From Eubacteriales bacterium (GTDB lineage: Bacteria > Bacillota > Clostridia > Oscillospirales > CAG-382), in assembly GCA_045598975.1 (NCBI GenBank), contig JAZRVE010000112.1, positions 2,118 to 66,117 of the forward strand: 64,000 nucleotides of DNA. Reading direction: 5' to 3'. Below the pieces are notes generated by a model. That model was not told the origin of the DNA and searched no databases. It was given only the letters and a program-made list of their open reading frames with translations. Both the position numbers and the translations under genes were made by a program. This document shows, piece after piece, positions 19,348 to 28,799 of the stretch; position 1 is the first letter of the stretch; every line of letters starts with the position of its first letter.

Positions 19348-21224
19348 CCGTTGATACCGAAATAGATCATGAGCACCTGAATATCCGCCGGGCTTACGCC
19401 GGAAATGCGGGAAGCCTGCCCGATGCTCGTCGGGCGGAACTTGGAGAGCTTCTGCTTGGTCTCGGCGCGGATGCCCTGAATGGCGAAATAGTCGGTGTCT
19501 TCGGGAATGCGCTTGTTTTCGAGCTTTTCGAAACGCTTGGCGTCGCGCAGTTGCCTGCGGATGTAGCCCTCGTATTTGATCTCGGTCTCGACGGCTTCTT
19601 TTTGCTTGCGATCAAGGTCGGACGGACGCCCGGTGTCGATGGGCGCGAGGGAGGCGTAGGAAAGCTCGGGACGGCGGATGAGGTCGGCAAGGCAGATGCC
19701 GTTGTCGAGCGGTGTGGAGGCAAAAGACGCAAGCAGAGCGTTGACCGTTTCGCTCGGCGAGAGGTAGGTCGATTTGATGCGCTCGACCTCGGCGTCGATG
19801 GCGGCGTACTTTGCCTTGAAGACCTCGTACCGTTCATCGCTTATCAGCCCGATATCGTGCCCCTTTTCGGTGAGACGGCGGTCGGCGTTGTCCTGCCGTA
19901 AGAGCAGGCGGTATTCACTGCGCGAGGTCATGATGCGGTAGGGCTCGTTGGTGCCCTTGGTGACGAGATCGTCGATGAGGGTGCCGATGTAGGAGGAATC
20001 GCGGGAGAGGGTAAAGGGCTCTTTGCCCCGGATTTTGCGGGCGGCATTGATGCCGGCGATAAGCCCCTGCGCGGCGGCTTCCTCGTAGCCGGAGGTGCCG
20101 TTGAACTGCCCGGCACCGAAAAGACCGGGATGGTCTTTGAATTCAAGACTTGCTTTGAGGGACAGCGGGTCGGCGCAGTCGTATTCGATGGCGTAGCCGA
20201 TGCGCATGACCTCGGCGTGTTCAAGACCTTTTATGGAATGGAGCATTTCCAACTGGACTTCCTCCGGGAGAGAGGAACTGAATCCTTGCAGATAGACTTC
20301 TTTGGTGTCGTAGCCGAGCGGCTCGATGAAGAGCTGGTGGCGTTCCTTGTCGGAAAAGCGCATGACCTTGTCCTCGATGCTCGGACAGTAGCGCGGGCCG
20401 GTGCCGTGGATGACGCCGGAGTATAACGGAGAACGGTGGATGTTGGAGCGGATGATGTCGTGCGTTTTTTCGTTGGTGTAACAGATGTAGCAGGGGAGCG
20501 AGCGGAGATTTTTCTCGAAATCTTTCGTGCAGACCGAAAAATGCTCGGGGATCTCGTCGCCGTCCTGCCGTTCGAGAACGGAGTAGTCGATGCTGTCGGC
20601 GTGCAGACGGACAGGGGTGCCGGTCTTGAAGCGCATGAGCGGGATGGCAAGGCGTGTCAGCGCGTCGGAGAGCGTCCCGGCGGGGAACATCCCGTCCGGA
20701 CCGCCATCGTAGAAAACATCACCGACAATAATGCGCCCTTTGAGATAGGTGCCGGTCGAAAGGATGACGCATTTTGCCGTCCAGACGGCGCCGAGGCGGG
20801 TCACGACCTCCCACGCGCCGTCTTTTCCCGGGCGCAGATCGACGATCTCCGCCTGGATCAGCCGCAGGTTTTCGGTGCTTTCCAGAGCTTTTTTCATGAG
20901 GATACGGTAGCGCTGGCGATCCGCCTGCATACGGAGCGAGTGCACGGCGGGACCTTTGCCGCGGTTTAAGATGCGGCTCTGCATACAGACCATGTCCGCC
21001 GTTTTGCCCATTTCGCCGCCGAGCGCGTCGATCTCACAGACAAGGTGTCCCTTGCCGGTGCCGCCGATGGAGGGGTTGCAGGGCATGTTGCCGACGGCGT
21101 CGAGATTGATGGTGAAAATCGCCGTCGAACAGCCGAGACGGGCGGCGGCAAGCGCCGCTTCGATGCCGGCGTGTCCGGCACCGACGACGATGACGTCAAC
21201 CTTTTCAGAAGTGTATTCCGTCAT
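19344..21224 (-). CDS. mnmG: tRNA uridine-5-carboxymethylaminomethyl modification enzyme MnmG (GidA)
   Basis: VIVVGAGHAGIEAALAAARLG FAD motif. The 626-aa product shows family-typical sequence throughout. Confidence 0.95.
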   Translation of the reverse strand: MTEYTSEKVDVIVVGAGHAGIEAALAAARLGCSTAIFTINLDAVGNMPCNPSIGGTGKGHLVCEIDALGGEMGKTADMVCMQSRILNRGKGPAVHSLRMQADRQRYRILMKKALESTENLRLIQAEIVDLRPGKDGAWEVVTRLGAVWTAKCVILSTGTYLKGRIIVGDVFYDGGPDGMFPAGTLSDALTRLAIPLMRFKTGTPVRLHADSIDYSVLERQDGDEIPEHFSVCTKDFEKNLRSLPCYICYTNEKTHDIIRSNIHRSPLYSGVIHGTGPRYCPSIEDKVMRFSDKERHQLFIEPLGYDTKEVYLQGFSSSLPEEVQLEMLHSIKGLEHAEVMRIGYAIEYDCADPLSLKASLEFKDHPGLFGAGQFNGTSGYEEAAAQGLIAGINAARKIRGKEPFTLSRDSSYIGTLIDDLVTKGTNEPYRIMTSRSEYRLLLRQDNADRRLTEKGHDIGLISDERYEVFKAKYAAIDAEVERIKSTYLSPSETVNALLASFASTPLDNGICLADLIRRPELSYASLAPIDTGRPSDLDRKQKEAVETEIKYEGYIRRQLRDAKRFEKLENKRIPEDTDYFAIQGIRAETKQKLSKFRPTSIGQASRISGVSPADIQVLMIYFGING

Positions 21225-21251
21225 AGAATGTGATCGAGTCCTTTCGTGTTT

Positions 21252-21890
21252 TCAGTTCTGCGTGTCAAAAAGAATGGCGGTGCGTGTGACCTTGTAATCC
21301 TCGGGAAGCGGGATGCCGGTGCTTTTGATCGAGGAAACGACGTGGTCGGGATTGAGAAAGAAATTGTCGGAGCTGGCAAGCGTTAAAGACAGCACCGTCG
21401 CGTCCTCTTTCACAAAAACGTCCGCCTCCTTCATCATGGCGGCAATGTCAAGCATTTTTTCCCCGCCGCTTTTGGTGGTTTTGGAAACGGGCGGCGGAGC
21501 GGCAAGGGCTTTTTGGATGGCGTCGACGTCGCCGATGTAGTCGGGAAATTCCACAAGATACGCGGCAAAAGCGACGTGCTTCATTTTGACGGTAGGCGTT
21601 TCGACCGATTTTACGATGAATTCATCCGTGAGAGCGCCCCGTAAGCGCTCGGCGACTTCGCTGTGCGAAAGCTCCTCGGTAAGAGAAATGTCAACGATCT
21701 CCGCGAGCCCTTCCATGCCGACCGAAAGCGGCAGAGCGAAGGAGATCTTGGGACGCGGGTTGAAGCCCTCCGAATAGCGTAACGGAAGGCGAGCCCGTTT
21801 GAGAGCGCGGATGAGGCAGTGGAAAAAATCCAGATGCGAAATAAAGGCAAGACTGCCGACCTTGGCAAAGGTGATGCGGTGCTCACTCAT
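21252..21890 (-). CDS. TIGR03936-family radical-SAM-associated protein (DUF2344)
   Basis: ITFAKVGSLAFISHLDFFHCLIRALKRARLPLRYSEGFNPRPKISFALPLSVG. It has a 4-nt overlap with the upstream radical SAM gene. Confidence 0.8.
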   Translation of the reverse strand: MSEHRITFAKVGSLAFISHLDFFHCLIRALKRARLPLRYSEGFNPRPKISFALPLSVGMEGLAEIVDISLTEELSHSEVAERLRGALTDEFIVKSVETPTVKMKHVAFAAYLVEFPDYIGDVDAIQKALAAPPPVSKTTKSGGEKMLDIAAMMKEADVFVKEDATVLSLTLASSDNFFLNPDHVVSSIKSTGIPLPEDYKVTRTAILFDTQN

Positions 21891-23791
21891 GACTGTTCCT
21901 CCTTGTCGCCCGCCTTTTCCGCGAGCGGGTCAATGGTGCGTTTCCGGCAGAGGGAAGCGCCGTATACGGCGGCGCCGCACCCGGAGCATTTTGTCAGACA
22001 GTCGGGCGTCGTGACGCCTTCCAAAGCGTTTTTGGCTTCCCGGATGAGGAATTGTTTGCTGACACCGCAGAAGATGTGATCCCACGGGAGCGGCTCGTCG
22101 AAGGAAATGGTGCGGTTTGCGTAGAAGGCAGGATCAATGCCTGCGTCGGCAAAGGCGCTCATCCACTTGTCATAATCGAAATATTCGTCCCAACTGTCGA
22201 ACTTTAATCCCGCCTCGTGGGCTTTCGTGAGTACACGGGATAACCGGCGGTCGCCGCGGGCGAAGACGGCTTCCAAAAAGCTGACGTAGCATTCGTGATA
22301 ATGGTAGCGCACCTTGCGGGTGTGGATGGAAGAGCCGAGCAGACGCTGCTTGCGGTCAAGCTCCGGTACCGTATCCTGCCCGAACCACTGGAACGGCGTG
22401 TGCGCCTTGGGCACGAGGCAGGCGACCGAAAGCGAAACGTCTATGCTCTTTCCTCCCGGTTTGTCGGGATTTTCGTAATAGGCGTCCACGATTTTTTGCG
22501 AAAGGGCGGCGATGCCCTGTACGTCCTCGTCCGTCTCGGTGGGAAGCCCGAGCATGAAGTACAGCTTGACATTACTTCTGCCGGCGGAAAAGGCACGGCG
22601 GCAGCCGTCTAATATTTCATCTTCGGTCAGATTTTTGTTGATGACGTCGCGCAGACGCTGGGTGCCTGCCTCCGGGGCGAAGGTCAGTCCCGATTTGCGC
22701 ACTCCCTGCACTTTTTTCATGATCTCCGCTTCAAAGCTGTCGATGCGCATGGAGGGAAGCGATAACCCGACCTTTTCGTCGTCTGTCCAGCTTTTCAAGG
22801 CGTCGACAAGCTCCGTCAGCCGCGGATAGTCGCTGATGCTTAAAGAGGTGAGAGAGATTTCCTCATAACCGGAATGGCAGTATTCGGCGTATGCCTGCCT
22901 GTTAAGCGTTTCGGGCGCTTTGGCGCGGTAGGGACGGTAGATGGTGCCCGCCTGGCAGAAGCGACAGCCGCGCAGACAGCCGCGCGCACATTCGAGCATG
23001 ATGCGGTCGTGGACGATCTCGGTGAACGGGACGGGAATGACCTCGGGAAAGCGGGCACGGTCGAAATCGGTGACGACGCGTTTCTCGATGACGGTCGGAA
23101 TATCGGGATATAAGGGCTTCAATCCGGAAAAAGCGCCGTCCGGACCGTTATATGCCGGCTGATAGAGAGAGGGGACGTAACAGCCGGGGATTTTCGCCGC
23201 CTGATGTAAGAAATCCGCTTTGTCAAACGTATCGTGCGATTTTTTGTAGTCGATGTAGAAGCGGACGATGTCGGTCAGCCCTTCTTCGCCCTCACCGATG
23301 CTGAATAAATCGAAGAAATCGGCGATCGGCTCGGGATTGCAGGCGCAGGGACCGCCGCCGATGACGAGCGGAAAATGATCGTCGCGGTCGCTTGCCGAAA
23401 GCGGGATGCCGGCAAGGGACAGCACGTACAGGACGTTGGTGTAGGACATCTCATAGCCGAGAGAAAAGCCGAGAAAGTCGAAATCGGTCAGCGCATCACC
23501 GCTTTCGAGGGCATAGAGCGGGATGTTTTTTTCTTTGAGCAAATGCCCCATGTCCGGCCACGGCGCATAGGTACGTTCGCACCAGATGTCATCGTGAGCG
23601 TTGAGGCAGTCGTAGAGGATTTTGACGCCGAGGTTGGACATCCCGATCTCATAGGAATCGGGGAAGCAGAAAGCAAACCGGGCGGCAACGGCGGATTTGT
23701 CCTTGACGGTCTGTCCGAGCTCGCCGCCGGTATAGCGGGCGGGTTTGAGCACAGTTTTCAAGTAGCGGAACGCTTGTTCTTTGGGTGTCAT
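21887..23791 (-). CDS. TIGR03960-family B12-binding-domain radical SAM protein
   Basis: CxxxCxxC motif CLRGCRFCQAG with an N-terminal B12-binding-like region. Length is 634 aa, and it has the usual TIGR03936 partner downstream. Confidence 0.85.
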   Translation of the reverse strand: MTPKEQAFRYLKTVLKPARYTGGELGQTVKDKSAVAARFAFCFPDSYEIGMSNLGVKILYDCLNAHDDIWCERTYAPWPDMGHLLKEKNIPLYALESGDALTDFDFLGFSLGYEMSYTNVLYVLSLAGIPLSASDRDDHFPLVIGGGPCACNPEPIADFFDLFSIGEGEEGLTDIVRFYIDYKKSHDTFDKADFLHQAAKIPGCYVPSLYQPAYNGPDGAFSGLKPLYPDIPTVIEKRVVTDFDRARFPEVIPVPFTEIVHDRIMLECARGCLRGCRFCQAGTIYRPYRAKAPETLNRQAYAEYCHSGYEEISLTSLSISDYPRLTELVDALKSWTDDEKVGLSLPSMRIDSFEAEIMKKVQGVRKSGLTFAPEAGTQRLRDVINKNLTEDEILDGCRRAFSAGRSNVKLYFMLGLPTETDEDVQGIAALSQKIVDAYYENPDKPGGKSIDVSLSVACLVPKAHTPFQWFGQDTVPELDRKQRLLGSSIHTRKVRYHYHECYVSFLEAVFARGDRRLSRVLTKAHEAGLKFDSWDEYFDYDKWMSAFADAGIDPAFYANRTISFDEPLPWDHIFCGVSKQFLIREAKNALEGVTTPDCLTKCSGCGAAVYGASLCRKRTIDPLAEKAGDKEEQS

Positions 23792-23825
23792 GCGATACTT
23801 CCTTTACCTATGTTTATTCCCATAC

Positions 23826-23854
23826 AGTATAGCAGAAAAAATAAGTTTTGTAAA
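23826..23854 (-). promoter_or_regulatory. sigma-A-type promoter of the radical-SAM/mnmG/malQ gene string
   Basis: On the minus strand: TTTACA-17 nt-TATACT, about 35 nt upstream of ATG 23791 (RBS AAAGGAAG). Confidence 0.6.
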
Positions 23855-23865
23855 GGCAAAATGAA

Positions 23866-23902
23866 AAGAAAAAAGAAAAAGCGACGCCGTGTCGGCGTCG
23901 CT
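23866..23902 (-). terminator. rho-independent terminator after mscL
   Basis: On the minus strand: AGCGACGCCG-aca-CGGCGTCGCT followed by TTTTTCTTTTTT. Confidence 0.8.
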
Positions 23903-23916
23903 TGTAAGCATAGGGA

Positions 23917-24384
23917 TTATTTGTTTTTGAGCAGATCGCGGATTTCGGTGAGCAGTTTTTCTTCGTTGGAGGGCTCGGGCTCTTTTTCCGGCTCTGCCGC
24001 TGCGGCTTCTTCCGCCTCTTTCTTGGCGAGCTTTTCACGCAGTGCCTTCGCTTTTTCGGCAGATTTCGTGAAAATGCGGATGACGATGAAGACGCACAGC
24101 GCGATGATGATGAAATCAAGGATGGTCTGGATAAACGTGCCGTAGTTGAGGAAGGTGCCGGGGATCACTTCACCGGCACCGTTGACCATATCCGGTTTCA
24201 GGACGACGCGCAGATCGGAAAGCGACTGTGCACCGGTGGCAAGGGAGATGAGCGGCATGATGATGTCAGCGACGAGGGAAGAGGTGATCTTGCCGAACGC
24301 CGTGGCGATGACGACGCCGATCGCCATGTCAAGTACGTTGCCTTTGTTGATGAATGCTTTGAAGTCTTGGAAGAATTTTTTCAT
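23917..24384 (-). CDS. mscL: large-conductance mechanosensitive channel
   Basis: MKKFFQDFKAFINKGNVLDMAIGVVIATAFGKI, with RBS AGGAGG before ATG 24384. It has a Glu/Ala/Lys-rich C-terminal tail. Confidence 0.9.
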   Translation of the reverse strand: MKKFFQDFKAFINKGNVLDMAIGVVIATAFGKITSSLVADIIMPLISLATGAQSLSDLRVVLKPDMVNGAGEVIPGTFLNYGTFIQTILDFIIIALCVFIVIRIFTKSAEKAKALREKLAKKEAEEAAAAEPEKEPEPSNEEKLLTEIRDLLKNK

Positions 24385-24424
24385 GGGAAAGCCTCCTGAT
24401 ATGTATTTTTGTTTTTTTATTTTT

Positions 24425-24979
24425 TTATTTTTCGTAAACAAACGGTTTGAGAATACCGACGTAAGGGAGGTTGCGGTACAGCTCGTCGTAATCTAACCCG
24501 TAACCGACGATAAACTCGTCCGGAATGACAAACCCCTGATAGTCGACGGGAATGTTGATCTTGCGGCGATCCGGCTTGTTGAAGAGGACGCACAGACGGA
24601 CGTCTGCGGCTTTGAGGTCGGTTTTGAGATGCCCGAGCAGCCACGAAAGGGTATTGCCGGTATCAAGAATGTCCTCGATGACGATGACGGTGTAGTCGGA
24701 GAGGTCGAGCCGATCCGGCTCAGCTTTTAAGCGCAGAGCACCGTTCGTGGTGCTGCTTCCGTAGGAGGAAACCTTTATGTAATCGGTTTCAAGCGGAATG
24801 TTCAGCCTTTTCAGCAGATCCGACATAAAAACAACCGAGCCCTTCAATACGCCGATGAGCAGCAGTTTTTTGTCGGTCCCTTTGAATTCGTTTTCGATTT
24901 CGGCGGCGATACGGTCAACGGCTTCGGTAATTTCCTGCTCCGATACCAGTATGCGGTCAATACAGGATTCGTAATCCAA
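24425..24979 (-). CDS. hpt: hypoxanthine phosphoribosyltransferase
   Basis: PRPP-binding motif VIVIEDILDTGNTLS. The likely start is TTG 24979 (or ATT 24982), immediately after the tsaB stop and preceded by AAGGGAG. The longer track ORF would overlap tsaB. Confidence 0.9.
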   Translation of the reverse strand: MDYESCIDRILVSEQEITEAVDRIAAEIENEFKGTDKKLLLIGVLKGSVVFMSDLLKRLNIPLETDYIKVSSYGSSTTNGALRLKAEPDRLDLSDYTVIVIEDILDTGNTLSWLLGHLKTDLKAADVRLCVLFNKPDRRKINIPVDYQGFVIPDEFIVGYGLDYDELYRNLPYVGILKPFVYEK

Positions 24980-24981
24980 AA

Positions 24982-25740
24982 TTATAGACTCCCTTCGGCA
25001 AGTTTGCTTTCTCGTTCCCGTTCTGCCTGCGAGGCACGCAGATACAGGGGACTTAACGATTGTGACGGATATTTTCCGCACACGTCTGCGTCCGTCAAAA
25101 GCGGCAGGGCACAGCGCGCGACGGAATATGCGTTTTGATACCGTTGTCCGGCATCACAAAGGGAAAGCGAAAGCGGCGGCTCCTTCTGCTTTTGATACAG
25201 CGAATAAAAGAGGGAGGCTCCGTCGCCGGCAAGAAGGATCCGACGGTTCGGATAGTGCGTTTTCAGATCGTCAAGCAGTTCTTCAAAGGAAAAAAGCCTG
25301 TCCGCACACAGACGCTTTATGTCACCCGTGCGTCCCACGGAAAAGGCGGCGTTGTAAAACTGATGCCGTCTGGCATCCATGACGGGAAAAATCAGCGTAC
25401 CGACGGGCGCAGACGAAAGATTGTACGCCAGCGCGTGCAGGGTGGAAACGCCGACGCAGGGCATGTCCTGCCGGGAAAAGCAGAGCCCCTTGAAGGTGGA
25501 AACACCGATGCGAACGCCGGTGAAAGAGCCGGGACCGGTGCTGATCGCGCAGGCGTCGACATCCGCAAAGGAAAGAGACGCGTTTTTGATGCAGAAGTCG
25601 ATCATGGGAAGCAGGCTTTCGCTGTGCGTCAGCGTCGCGTTGACCGACGTCACCGCGAGCGGCATCAGCTCGCCGTTATCATAGCGGCTGACACAGACGG
25701 AGGCCGTTTTTGCCGAGGTGTCGGCAGATAAAACATACAT
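24982..25740 (-). CDS. tsaB: tRNA threonylcarbamoyladenosine biosynthesis protein TsaB
   Basis: MYVLSADTSAKTASVCV and GPGSFTGVRIGVSTFKG are YeaZ/TsaB signatures. Confidence 0.85.
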   Translation of the reverse strand: MYVLSADTSAKTASVCVSRYDNGELMPLAVTSVNATLTHSESLLPMIDFCIKNASLSFADVDACAISTGPGSFTGVRIGVSTFKGLCFSRQDMPCVGVSTLHALAYNLSSAPVGTLIFPVMDARRHQFYNAAFSVGRTGDIKRLCADRLFSFEELLDDLKTHYPNRRILLAGDGASLFYSLYQKQKEPPLSLSLCDAGQRYQNAYSVARCALPLLTDADVCGKYPSQSLSPLYLRASQAERERESKLAEGSL

Positions 25741-25753
25741 GGTGAGCCCTCTT

Positions 25754-26764
25754 TTACTGCTTCAATAAGGCAATGCGGACGGCAAGATAGGTGACGTAGA
25801 GGATCAGTCCCAGAACGCCCTGCCACTTGGAGAATTTCTTGGCGATGAGTGCCGGAACGAGCGCCACAACGGTGACGAGCAGGCAGACCGGCAGATCGGG
25901 GAAGAGGACGTTTTGCTGCACGACGAGCTTGCCGCCCGAAATGAGCGAGCAGACCGGCACGATGAGAGCGGTATCGATGATGTTGGCACCGATGACGTTG
26001 CCGACGGAGAGCCCGGATTCTTTCTTGGAAATGGCGGTGATGGTGGTGATGAGCTCCGGCAAAGAGGTGCCGATGGCGATAAGGGTAACGCCGATGATCT
26101 CGGAACTGACGCCGAGGCTTTCGGCGATCGACTGCCCGTTGTTGACGAGAAGCACCGAGCCGAGTACGATGCCGGCGGCACCGAAGACGAATTTGGCAAG
26201 ATTGATCAGAACGGTCTTGCGGTCTGTCGCAACAGTCTCGCCGTCATCGTTGTGGGGAGCGTTTTTGGCGCTGACAAGATTGTCATAGATAAAAGCGATA
26301 AAGATGAGCAGAAGAAGGATGCCGGCATACAGCGGAAATTTTCCGCCGTTCATGAGCGGGAAGAGCCACAGCACCGCGACGGCACCGATCAATAACAGAC
26401 TTTTGGCGAGAAAATCCTTGCGGCGGATTGCCATGGGAATGAAAATGAGCCCTAAGGACATGATCATGGCGGTGTTAGCCGTCACGGAGCCGATGGCGTT
26501 GGTGGTGGCGATGGCATAGAAGCCCTCGGCGGCGGTCGGTGCGCCTTCAAGAAGAGCGTTGTTGCCGTTGATGGTGGCAATGACGGAGGTGACGATCTCG
26601 GGGAGCGTGGTGGCAAGACTGACGATGGTGGCACCGATGACAAAGGTCGGAATCTTGAAGACCTTGGCGATCCACGTTGCCGCATCGACGAAATAGTCGC
26701 CGCCCTTGATGATGATGACAAGCCCCACAAGAAAGCCGCCGTATAATAAAAGTGCCTGTATCAT
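25754..26764 (-). CDS. Ca2+/Na+ antiporter (CaCA / YrbG family)
   Basis: Two alpha-repeat motifs (ATTLPEIVTS and GTSLPELITT) in a polytopic protein. ATG 26764 is 9 nt after GGAAAGG; the track start GTG 26770 is too close to the RBS. Confidence 0.8.
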   Translation of the reverse strand: MIQALLLYGGFLVGLVIIIKGGDYFVDAATWIAKVFKIPTFVIGATIVSLATTLPEIVTSVIATINGNNALLEGAPTAAEGFYAIATTNAIGSVTANTAMIMSLGLIFIPMAIRRKDFLAKSLLLIGAVAVLWLFPLMNGGKFPLYAGILLLLIFIAFIYDNLVSAKNAPHNDDGETVATDRKTVLINLAKFVFGAAGIVLGSVLLVNNGQSIAESLGVSSEIIGVTLIAIGTSLPELITTITAISKKESGLSVGNVIGANIIDTALIVPVCSLISGGKLVVQQNVLFPDLPVCLLVTVVALVPALIAKKFSKWQGVLGLILYVTYLAVRIALLKQ

Positions 26765-26803
26765 AGTCACATACCTTTCCCTGATGTCTGATCCAATAAG
26801 ACA

Positions 26804-26832
26804 AGTATATCACGCCGACGCGGAAATGTCAA
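26804..26832 (-). promoter_or_regulatory. sigma-A-type promoter of the antiporter-tsaB-hpt string
   Basis: On the minus strand: TTGACA-17 nt-TATACT with an extended -10 TG (gtgaTATACT). Confidence 0.6.
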
Positions 26833-26847
26833 CCGATTTGTCCTCTT

Positions 26848-27672
26848 TTATACATGTTTTTCCGTATTCTGTCTGTTTGCGCGTATTTGCGCTTTAAGCT
26901 CGTTCAAAGCGTCCGAAAGCGTGCCGACACTGTCGATCAGCCCGATCTCCACTGCCTGCTTCCCGTCGACGACGGTGCCCATGTCGGTGGCGAGCTCGTC
27001 GGTCGCCATCAGCAGATCGGTGAGAATCTGCTTTTCCATGTGCGAGTGAGCGAGGATGAAATCGGTGATGCGCTCCTGCATTTTGAGAAAAAAGCGGAAG
27101 GATTGCGGGGCGCCGACGACAAGCCCGTTCATGCGGACGGGGTGGAGCGTCATGGTGGCGGTCGGCACGATAAAGGATCTGTCCGTGCAGACGGCGAGCG
27201 GGACGCCGATGGAATGTCCGCCGCCGAGCACGAGGGAGACGGTCGGTTTTGTCATGCCGGCGATGAGCTCGGCGATGGCAAGTCCCGCTTCCCCGTCGCC
27301 GCCGACGGTGTTGATGAGTAAGAGCAGACCATCGATGCCGCTCGATTCCTCGACGCCGACGAGCTGGGGAATGACGTGCTCGTATTTGGTGGATTTGGTT
27401 TGATTGGAAAGCAGATAATGCCCTTCGATCTGCCCGGCGATCACGAGGGAATGAATGGTGATGCCGTCGGCGTCGGAGGTGGTGATACTGCCGGTCTCCG
27501 AGATGCCGCCGAGACGGAACTCGTGAGCAGGCTCGTGAGCCGGCTCATCATGGGACGGCTCATCCGTTTTTTTGCCGGGTGCGTCCTCTTTTCCGGGATC
27601 GTCGGGCGCGTGTTCGGGGGATGCCGGGAGCGGCTCTTTTTTCGGCTGTTCGCCGGATAAAATATTCATCAT
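26848..27672 (-). CDS. tepA: ClpP-fold protease-like protein TepA
   Basis: IAGQIEGHYLLSNQTKSTKYEHVIPQLV...LLLLINTVGGDGEAGLAIAELIAGMTKPTVSLVLGGGHSIGVPLAV closely follows B. subtilis TepA (YmfB). It has a Pro/Glu/His-rich, disordered-looking N-terminus. Confidence 0.8.
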   Translation of the reverse strand: MMNILSGEQPKKEPLPASPEHAPDDPGKEDAPGKKTDEPSHDEPAHEPAHEFRLGGISETGSITTSDADGITIHSLVIAGQIEGHYLLSNQTKSTKYEHVIPQLVGVEESSGIDGLLLLINTVGGDGEAGLAIAELIAGMTKPTVSLVLGGGHSIGVPLAVCTDRSFIVPTATMTLHPVRMNGLVVGAPQSFRFFLKMQERITDFILAHSHMEKQILTDLLMATDELATDMGTVVDGKQAVEIGLIDSVGTLSDALNELKAQIRANRQNTEKHV

Positions 27673-27734
27673 GTTTATACCTGTACCTTTCTGATAATAG
27701 TATGGTACAGGCAGTGCGAATTATGAATTTTCGT

Positions 27735-27770
27735 TAAAAAACGCCGTCCGGGAAGGACGGCGTCTTTTTT
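27735..27770. terminator. bidirectional rho-independent terminator at the end of the ABC importer operon
   Basis: ACGCCGTCC-gggaa-GGACGGCGT is flanked by AAAAAA and TTTTTTT. Confidence 0.8.
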
Positions 27771-27776
27771 TGAACG

Positions 27777-28772
27777 TCAGCGGTCTTCGCGGAAATAGGG
27801 GAGACCGAGATGGGCAGGCGGCTGCTGTTCGCGCTTTTTGCGCAGGCTGGAAACAATGAGCACCGCAAGGGTGACAAGGTAGGGGAGTATTTTGAAAAGC
27901 TCCTGGGTGCTTCGCGTAAGTCCCGGGATGTAGAGGTACATCCAGTAGAGCACGCCGAACAGATAGGCACCGCCGATCGCCTTGACAGGCTTCCAGGTGG
28001 CAAAGATGACAAGTGCCAGAGCCAGCCAGCCGAGACTTTCGATCTTGCCGTCGTTTGCCCAGGTGCCCTTGATGTAGTCCATGACGTAATACAGACCGCC
28101 GAGCCCGGAAATGCCGGCGCCGATACAGGTGGCGAGATACTTGTTGCGCGTGACGTTGATACCGGCGGCATCCGCCGTGGCGGGATTTTCACCGACAGCG
28201 CGAAGGGAAAGTCCGGAGCGGGTGCGGTTGAGGAAAAGCATGATGAGAATGGCGAGCACGATGGCAAGATAGACGAGAAAACCGTAGGAGAGGAAAATCT
28301 TGCCGAAAACGCCGAGATTATTGGCAAACGGCAGCATGGTGCGGAACGCCTTGCTGGTGGCATCCACGGAGATCTGACCGACGCCGCCGGCGAGACGGTT
28401 GAGGTAGCCGCCGAGAAAGTTGGCAATACCGGAGCCGAATATCGTAAGGGTAAGACCGGTGACGTTCTGGTTGGCACGTAAGGAGATGGTTAAAAAGCTG
28501 TAAAGCAGACCGCCGAGGAAGGAAGCGGCAAAGCCGCAGACAAGGGCGATCAGGATGCAGAGAATGCCGATTGGCTCCCTGCCGGCAGACTTGCAGGCGG
28601 CTTCGTAAAAGAAGACACCGACGAGTCCGGAAATGCCGCCCAGATACATGATGCCGGGCACGCCGAGGTTGAGGTTGCCGGATTTTTCGGTAATGATCTC
28701 GCCGAGACAGCCGAAGAGAATGACGGTGCCGAAGGCGATGGCGGATTGGATCAAAGCAATCAGTTGAGTCAT
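27777..28772 (-). CDS. ABC transporter permease (BMP/nucleoside-type, NupQ/RnsD-like)
   Basis: Polytopic 331-aa protein, last gene of the SBP-ATPase-permease-permease operon. RBS GGAAAGGA. Confidence 0.85.
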   Translation of the reverse strand: MTQLIALIQSAIAFGTVILFGCLGEIITEKSGNLNLGVPGIMYLGGISGLVGVFFYEAACKSAGREPIGILCILIALVCGFAASFLGGLLYSFLTISLRANQNVTGLTLTIFGSGIANFLGGYLNRLAGGVGQISVDATSKAFRTMLPFANNLGVFGKIFLSYGFLVYLAIVLAILIMLFLNRTRSGLSLRAVGENPATADAAGINVTRNKYLATCIGAGISGLGGLYYVMDYIKGTWANDGKIESLGWLALALVIFATWKPVKAIGGAYLFGVLYWMYLYIPGLTRSTQELFKILPYLVTLAVLIVSSLRKKREQQPPAHLGLPYFREDR

Positions 28773-28799
28773 AATATCGTATCCTTTCCTGTCAATCGG

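Noticed and set aside
24980-25081. N-terminal extension of hpt, giving the 218-aa track ORF.
   Set aside because: The extension overlaps the 3' end of tsaB and adds a non-homologous Arg/Cys-rich leader. A TTG preceded by AAGGGAG directly after the tsaB stop gives a normal 184-aa Hpt.
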